Shown in pieces: positions 7,282 through 11,297 of a stretch of DNA of 11,297 nucleotides (position 1 is its first letter; every line of letters starts with the position of its first letter). The translations under genes and the position numbers were made by a program. Below the pieces are notes generated by a model. It was given only the letters and a program-made list of their open reading frames with translations, had not been told where the DNA came from and searched no databases. The stretch lies in assembly GCF_049969415.1 (NCBI RefSeq), contig NZ_JBMFOX010000032.1, positions 1 to 11,297 of the forward strand, written 5' to 3'. Source of the stretch: Candidatus Hadarchaeum sp. (GTDB lineage Archaea; Hadarchaeota; Hadarchaeia; Hadarchaeales; Hadarchaeaceae).

Positions 7282-9696
7282 TTGGAAATCAAAACAACTT
7301 CAGAGTATAGGAAACTATCGCCTGAAGAAACCATCAGACTGCTGGACTCGACTGAGAACGGTCTCGCGGAATCTGAGGCTATGAATCGAATCGGAGTGTT
7401 TGGATATAACGAGGTGGCGGAGAAAAAGAAGAGCCCGCTCCTTGAGTTCTTATCGCGTTACTGGGCCCCCATGCCATGGTTGTTGGAGCTGGCGATGCTT
7501 CTTTCGTTCGTCTTAGGCCATTATCTTGAAGCGGCGATAATTTTCATTTTGCTCACGATAAATGCCATCATAGGTTACCTGCACGCGTCTCGTTCGCGGA
7601 GAGCATTGGAACTCCTAAAGAAAAAGCTGGCGATCAAGGCAAAAGTATTGCGGGATGGTAAATGGTGCACAAAAGATGCTAAGGAGCTCGTGCCAGGAGA
7701 CATCGTCTTCGTTGAGCTGGGCGATATTGTGCCGGCTGATGCCAAGATCTTGAGCGGCGAAGTTTCGGTCGACCAATCGGCTTTGACCGGGGAATCGTTA
7801 CCGGTAGATTTACACCGGTCTGACATCATCTATTCTAGTTCCATTGTGCGGCGGGGAAAAGCCAAGTGCATCGTGGTTAATACGGGAGCGAACACGTACT
7901 TTGGCCGGACGGCTGAACTAGTCGAAACTGCTAGGCCAAAGTCTCATCAAGAGGAAATAATCTTCGCCATAGTCAAATATTTGATGTGCCTCGGCGTGGT
8001 TGCGTTGATCTTAGTTTCATCGTATGCCGTGTTCATGAACTTGAACATCTTATTGATACCGATTTTTGCCGTGACTTTCCTCATGGGGGCGATTCCCATC
8101 GCCTTGCCCGCTGTACTCACCGTACTCCAAGCCGCTGGGGCTATGGAACTCGCTAGGAGAAACGTGCTGGTGACTGGACTAGGTTCGATTGAGGATGCTG
8201 CCTCGATAGATGTCCTTTGCCTCGACAAAACGGGCACGATAACGCAAAACAGAATATCCGTGGTCGACTGCATAGCATTTTCTGGCTACAAAAAAGAAGA
8301 TGTAGCCGCGATGGCAAGTTTGGCTTCTGTTGAGGAAAATGGAGATCCAATAGATCTCGCAGTTATTGGATACGGCAAAACCGTGGGTGTCAATCTTAAC
8401 ACATATAAACGGCATTCGTTCACACCGTTTGACCCAATAACCAAGAGATCAGAAGCGATTGTCGAGGCCGAGGGGAAGCGCTTCTGGGTCGTCAAGGGCG
8501 CACCACAGATTGTGATCTCCATGACAGAAAAGATTGATAAAGAGGTCCGGGAAAATGCGGAGAAAATGGTGGAAGAACTATCTCGAAAAGGATACAGGGT
8601 ATTGGCCGTGGCTAGGTCTGAAGACGGCGGTTTGGAGAACCTTCGACTTATGGGATTGCTATCGCTGGCCGACCCGGTTAGGCCGGATTCAAAAGAGATG
8701 ATAGAAGAGGCGCGGAAACTTGGGATAAAACCCATGATGCTCACCGGCGACAATATCGCCATAGCTAAGGAAATAGCCCGAGAAGTATCGATAGGTGACA
8801 GAATTATTCGAATGGCTGATATCAAGGACCTGAGCGAGGCTGAACAGGCAAAAGTCGCCGAAGAATGCGACGGTTTCGCTGAAGTGTATCCTGAAGAGAA
8901 GTATAAAATAGTGAAACTTCTGCAGTCCGGAGGACACATGGTGGGGATGACCGGTGACGGTGTAAACGACGCGCCAGCTTTGAAGCAGGCGGAGATGGGG
9001 ATAGCCGTGAACAACTCAACTGATGTGGCAAAAGCATCCGCTAGCGTGGTCTTAACTGAACCGGGCACAAAAGCGATAGTCGACGCGATAAAGACGAGCA
9101 GACGGATATACCAGCGAATGCTAACTTGGGTGATAAACAAAGTCACTAAGACGATCCAATTTATCGGTCTGCTTACCTTGGGCTTTTTCTGGTTCCACGA
9201 CGTGGTGATAACGCTTCTGGGTATGTCTCTCCTAGTATTCGCAAATGATTTCGCGACAATGTCTTTGGCAACCGACAATGTGGAGTACACCGAAAACCCA
9301 AACAAGTGGAATGTGAAGAACATTACATTGGCTTCGCTTGTAATAGGAGTGCTGCTCGTTGCTGAGGGTGTTTTCGTAATTCTGATCGCCATAAGCTACT
9401 TCCGTCTTGGATGGAATGAATTACGCACTTTAGTGACGCTGACGCTGATATTCACGAGTCAATTTAGAGTAATTATCGTCAGGGAAAGGAGATATTTCTG
9501 GTCCTCACTTCCGAGCAAAGGGTTACTCATCTCCTCTGTTGCGGCTGTAATGGGTTTTGCGCTACTGGGTGTTTACGGCATAATTATCCAGCCGATTCCC
9601 CTATATCAGGTTCTCTTTGCTCTGGGATTCTCGATGTTGTTCACCTTTGGCATTGACCCACTCAAGTACTATGTGTTCAAAAAACTCGGATTGTGA
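7282..9696 (+). CDS. Plasma-membrane proton-efflux P-type ATPase (type IIIA)
   Basis: Motifs: YWAPMPWLLE, DQSALTGES, M4 IPIALPAV, DKTGTITQN, DPID, PFDPITKR, KGAPQ, MTGDGVNDAPALK, IYQRM, and M6 ANDFATM (Asp codon 9247, AHA2 D684 equivalent). There is no C-terminal regulatory tail, as in prokaryotic IIIA pumps. TTG 7282 is chosen for its SD; ATG 7252 is the alternative. Confidence 0.9.
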   Translation: MEIKTTSEYRKLSPEETIRLLDSTENGLAESEAMNRIGVFGYNEVAEKKKSPLLEFLSRYWAPMPWLLELAMLLSFVLGHYLEAAIIFILLTINAIIGYLHASRSRRALELLKKKLAIKAKVLRDGKWCTKDAKELVPGDIVFVELGDIVPADAKILSGEVSVDQSALTGESLPVDLHRSDIIYSSSIVRRGKAKCIVVNTGANTYFGRTAELVETARPKSHQEEIIFAIVKYLMCLGVVALILVSSYAVFMNLNILLIPIFAVTFLMGAIPIALPAVLTVLQAAGAMELARRNVLVTGLGSIEDAASIDVLCLDKTGTITQNRISVVDCIAFSGYKKEDVAAMASLASVEENGDPIDLAVIGYGKTVGVNLNTYKRHSFTPFDPITKRSEAIVEAEGKRFWVVKGAPQIVISMTEKIDKEVRENAEKMVEELSRKGYRVLAVARSEDGGLENLRLMGLLSLADPVRPDSKEMIEEARKLGIKPMMLTGDNIAIAKEIAREVSIGDRIIRMADIKDLSEAEQAKVAEECDGFAEVYPEEKYKIVKLLQSGGHMVGMTGDGVNDAPALKQAEMGIAVNNSTDVAKASASVVLTEPGTKAIVDAIKTSRRIYQRMLTWVINKVTKTIQFIGLLTLGFFWFHDVVITLLGMSLLVFANDFATMSLATDNVEYTENPNKWNVKNITLASLVIGVLLVAEGVFVILIAISYFRLGWNELRTLVTLTLIFTSQFRVIIVRERRYFWSSLPSKGLLISSVAAVMGFALLGVYGIIIQPIPLYQVLFALGFSMLFTFGIDPLKYYVFKKLGL

Positions 9697-9744
9697 AAAA
9701 GGTGCCACTTACCTCAAAACGTTGGGTCCTTAACTCTACAGGAC

Positions 9745-10653
9745 TGTATTATCCCTAATTAGTTGCACTCATTTTGAAGGATCCCTGAAATACACCTCCG
9801 CCGGGAATTGATAGCTCAAGGCCTGATGGGGCCTCTCGTAGTTGTAGTACTGGAAAAACGCTCCAAGCGTCCTGTACCTCCAGGCTTCCTCCCCGTAGGT
9901 TCGATGAAACCTCTCGACCTTGCCCATGGTCGTTGGCCTGCGCTTGCTGGCCAAGATGTACTGGATCCCAAGTTCCCTCAACATCTGGGTGAACTCGCTC
10001 TCGCCGCGTTCCTTGCCCTCATCAGCACAGTAGAATTGTGTCCTTTGGTCGGTCAGCACCTGCTCGGGAAATCCGTACCTCTTCCCGCACTTCCCGAACA
10101 GCCTCAAAGCGAACTCTGTCGTGGCGTCGTGCTCTATTCTGGCTCCCGGAACAAATCTCGTCGATCATCGAGGAGAGTGAGCATTCATCGATCGTCCTCC
10201 GTGAGCTTGAAATCCGCCTGCTAGAGGCTGTTTGAGTGCATTCTTTCGAACCTGCGTTTCCCCCATGTTTTTCCGATGAAGTCTATCGGCTGGTTAACCC
10301 CTTCCTCGACGAGGATGCGGTAGACCAAATTGTGGCTTAGCGGTGGTACTCCTCTGGGTCCGAATTCTCTTATGTAGCGCTCGATCCTGCACGGACCCCA
10401 ATCGTGCTTCTCCCTCAGCTCGAGCACGAACTTCCTTGTACGGTCGTCTATCACCATCATCAACTTGTTTGGTTTGTTTGCCATTTCTTCTCTGCTGCAA
10501 TCCTAGTACTTTTCAATCCAATAGTAAGCCGTGCTCCGTGGAATTCGGAGATGCGCGGCTATCTTCTCACCGCTCCCTTGGTAGTGCTTTCGTATGCACC
10601 ACGATCTCATCTTCACCTCCTCTGAGGTTTCTATTGTTTGTTGGGCTAAAGTC
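9745..10653 (-). mobile_element. IS481-family insertion sequence (archaeal ISA0963-like), decayed, ~0.9 kb
   Basis: The right end starts with the IS481-type 5'-TGT (TGTATTATCCCTAATTAGTTGCAC, 9745-9768), directly after the transposase stop. The left end is only a degenerate match (minus strand GACTTTAGCCCAA, 10653-10641). I see no target-site duplication, and the left boundary is approximate. Confidence 0.7.
9769..10610 (-). pseudogene. IS481-family DDE transposase (N-terminal HTH + rve integrase core), inactivated
   Basis: SD GGAGGTGA precedes ATG 10610. The reconstruction reads MRSWCIRKHYQGSGEKIAAHLRIPRSTAYYWIEKY*DCSREEMANKP...WGPCRI...RFERMHSNSL*QADFKLTEDDR*MLTLLDDR/RFVPG...QVLTDQRTQF...PTTMGKVERFH...YNYERPHQAL. 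Stops lie at 10505-10503, 10223-10221 and 10187-10185, with a frameshift near 10160. Confidence 0.9.
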
Positions 10654-10659
10654 TAGAAA

Positions 10660-10875
10660 TTAAAAGATAGCACGCGCAATGTCTCCAACCGAGACCCTTA
10701 TCTGGCTTGGATCATAGGGATCGTAGACGAACGCCAAGTGCTTTTCCCACTCCACTGTGGGGCCAGTGGTTGATTCGTGGAGCCAGTTTCCTCTGACCTT
10801 ACCGGGTTGATCAAAGTCTATTTTGCCGCGGAGGGGTTCAGCCATGCGTCTGACTCCCGTGATCGGATTGTAGAG
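10660..10875 (-). pseudogene. Fragment of a hypothetical protein lying between two IS elements
   Basis: Reads KLYNPITGVRRMAEPLRGKIDFDQPGKVRGNWLHES...WEKHLAFVYDPYDPSQIRVSVG. This is protein-like and resembles an internal segment of longer uncharacterised archaeal/CPR proteins (recalled pattern, unverified). There is no SD before ATG 10845, and the reading frame ends about 7 nt from the IS481 end. Confidence 0.5.
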
Positions 10876-10924
10876 CTTTTAGGGAAAATCGGGTGTTAAG
10901 CTGGTATGCAAGGCTAGCCTGAAT

Positions 10925-10954
10925 ACCTCCGACAAGCCAAAAATGTTCGGAGGT
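10925..10954 (+). promoter_or_regulatory. Stem-loop that covers the Shine-Dalgarno sequence of the IS110 transposase
   Basis: ACCTCCGA (10925-10932) is the exact reverse complement of TCGGAGGT (10947-10954), which contains the SD GGAGGT 8 nt before ATG 10963. Confidence 0.65.
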
Positions 10955-10962
10955 GGAAAAAC

Positions 10963-11297
10963 ATGCCCCAAGTGGTAGTAGGTCTTGACATGCACCTGAA
11001 CAAAACGCATGGGACTGTGATGACGATGGAAGGGAAAATCGTGAAACAGTCAAGGTTTCCGACGAGCAAGGATGAACTCCAGAAGTTCCTGGAGGGTGTG
11101 CCAAAAGGCACCAAGGTGGCACTGGAGTCGGTGGGATTCTGCTGGCCGTGGATAGACTATATCGAGGAGCTCGGCCATGAACCACTGCTGGCAAATCCGA
11201 TCAAGCTGAAGCAGAGGGCGGAGGACGTGAAGACGGACAAGGTCGACAGCGAACTTCTAGCCCACTTCACCCGAATGAACTTTCTGCCGATCTGCTA
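10963..11297 (+). CDS. IS110-family transposase/recombinase (DEDD RuvC-like N-terminal domain), partial; runs off the window end
   Basis: Open from ATG 10963 to the end of the window: MPQVVVGLDMHLNKTHGTVMTMEGKIVKQSRFPTSKDELQKFLEGVPKGTKVALESVGFCWPWIDYIEELGHEPLLANPIKLKQRAEDVKTDKVDSELLAHFTRMNFLPIC. The DEDD tetrad is complete (GLD, ALES, KTDKVD), with ANP and a strong SD. The ORF track omits it because it has no stop in the window. Confidence 0.92.
   Translation, partial: MPQVVVGLDMHLNKTHGTVMTMEGKIVKQSRFPTSKDELQKFLEGVPKGTKVALESVGFCWPWIDYIEELGHEPLLANPIKLKQRAEDVKTDKVDSELLAHFTRMNFLPIC

Noticed and set aside
8286-9392. 368-aa minus-strand ORF (also 7575-7829, 7947-8273, 3678-3962, 3987-4328)
   Set aside because: These are antisense shadows of the P-type ATPase genes, in register with the sense codons and rich in Ser/Ile/Phe/Thr, with no motifs of their own.
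10185-10505. In-frame TAG/TGA as pyrrolysine, selenocysteine or an alternative genetic code
   Set aside because: The same genes also carry frameshifts, both stop types occur, and the intact genes in the window end normally at TGA, TAG and TAA.
9808-10663. Plus-strand ORFs 9808-10224, 10038-10235, 10343-10663 and 10404-10625
   Set aside because: They are antisense to the IS481 transposase pseudogene.
10838-11194. 118-aa and 66-aa minus-strand ORFs
   Set aside because: They are antisense to the IS110 transposase, which has the catalytic motifs and an SD.
1-11297. CRISPR array, tRNA or rRNA
   Set aside because: I found no regularly spaced repeats, cloverleaf or rRNA-like sequence by eye, and almost all bases are explained by coding or pseudogene sequence.

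Overview
Probably archaeal DNA (GGAGGTGA/GGGGTG ribosome-binding sites, TATA-like boxes, a DUF357 remnant, an archaeal-type IS481); the taxon cannot be fixed from sequence alone. The window has three zones. (1) About 37-2105: three decayed genes that the ORF track shows only in fragments: DUF357 and a TauE/SafE transporter on + (ATGA-coupled), and a GT87/DUF2029 membrane glycosyltransferase on -. (2) About 2245-9696: an uninterrupted transport block with a type IIIB Mg2+ P-type ATPase (MgtA) that carries an extra ~137-aa C-terminal winged-helix-like domain, a DrrAB-like ABC-2 exporter pair on -, and a divergent type IIIA H+ P-type ATPase. (3) About 9745-11297: an inactivated IS481-family element, a ~200-bp orphan gene fragment, and the 5' part of an IS110-family (DEDD, bridge-recombinase class) transposase that runs off the window and is absent from the ORF track. 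The most interesting leads are the MgtA-wHTH fusion with its repeat-containing leader and the IS110 element. All family calls come from motifs read by eye; no searches were run.
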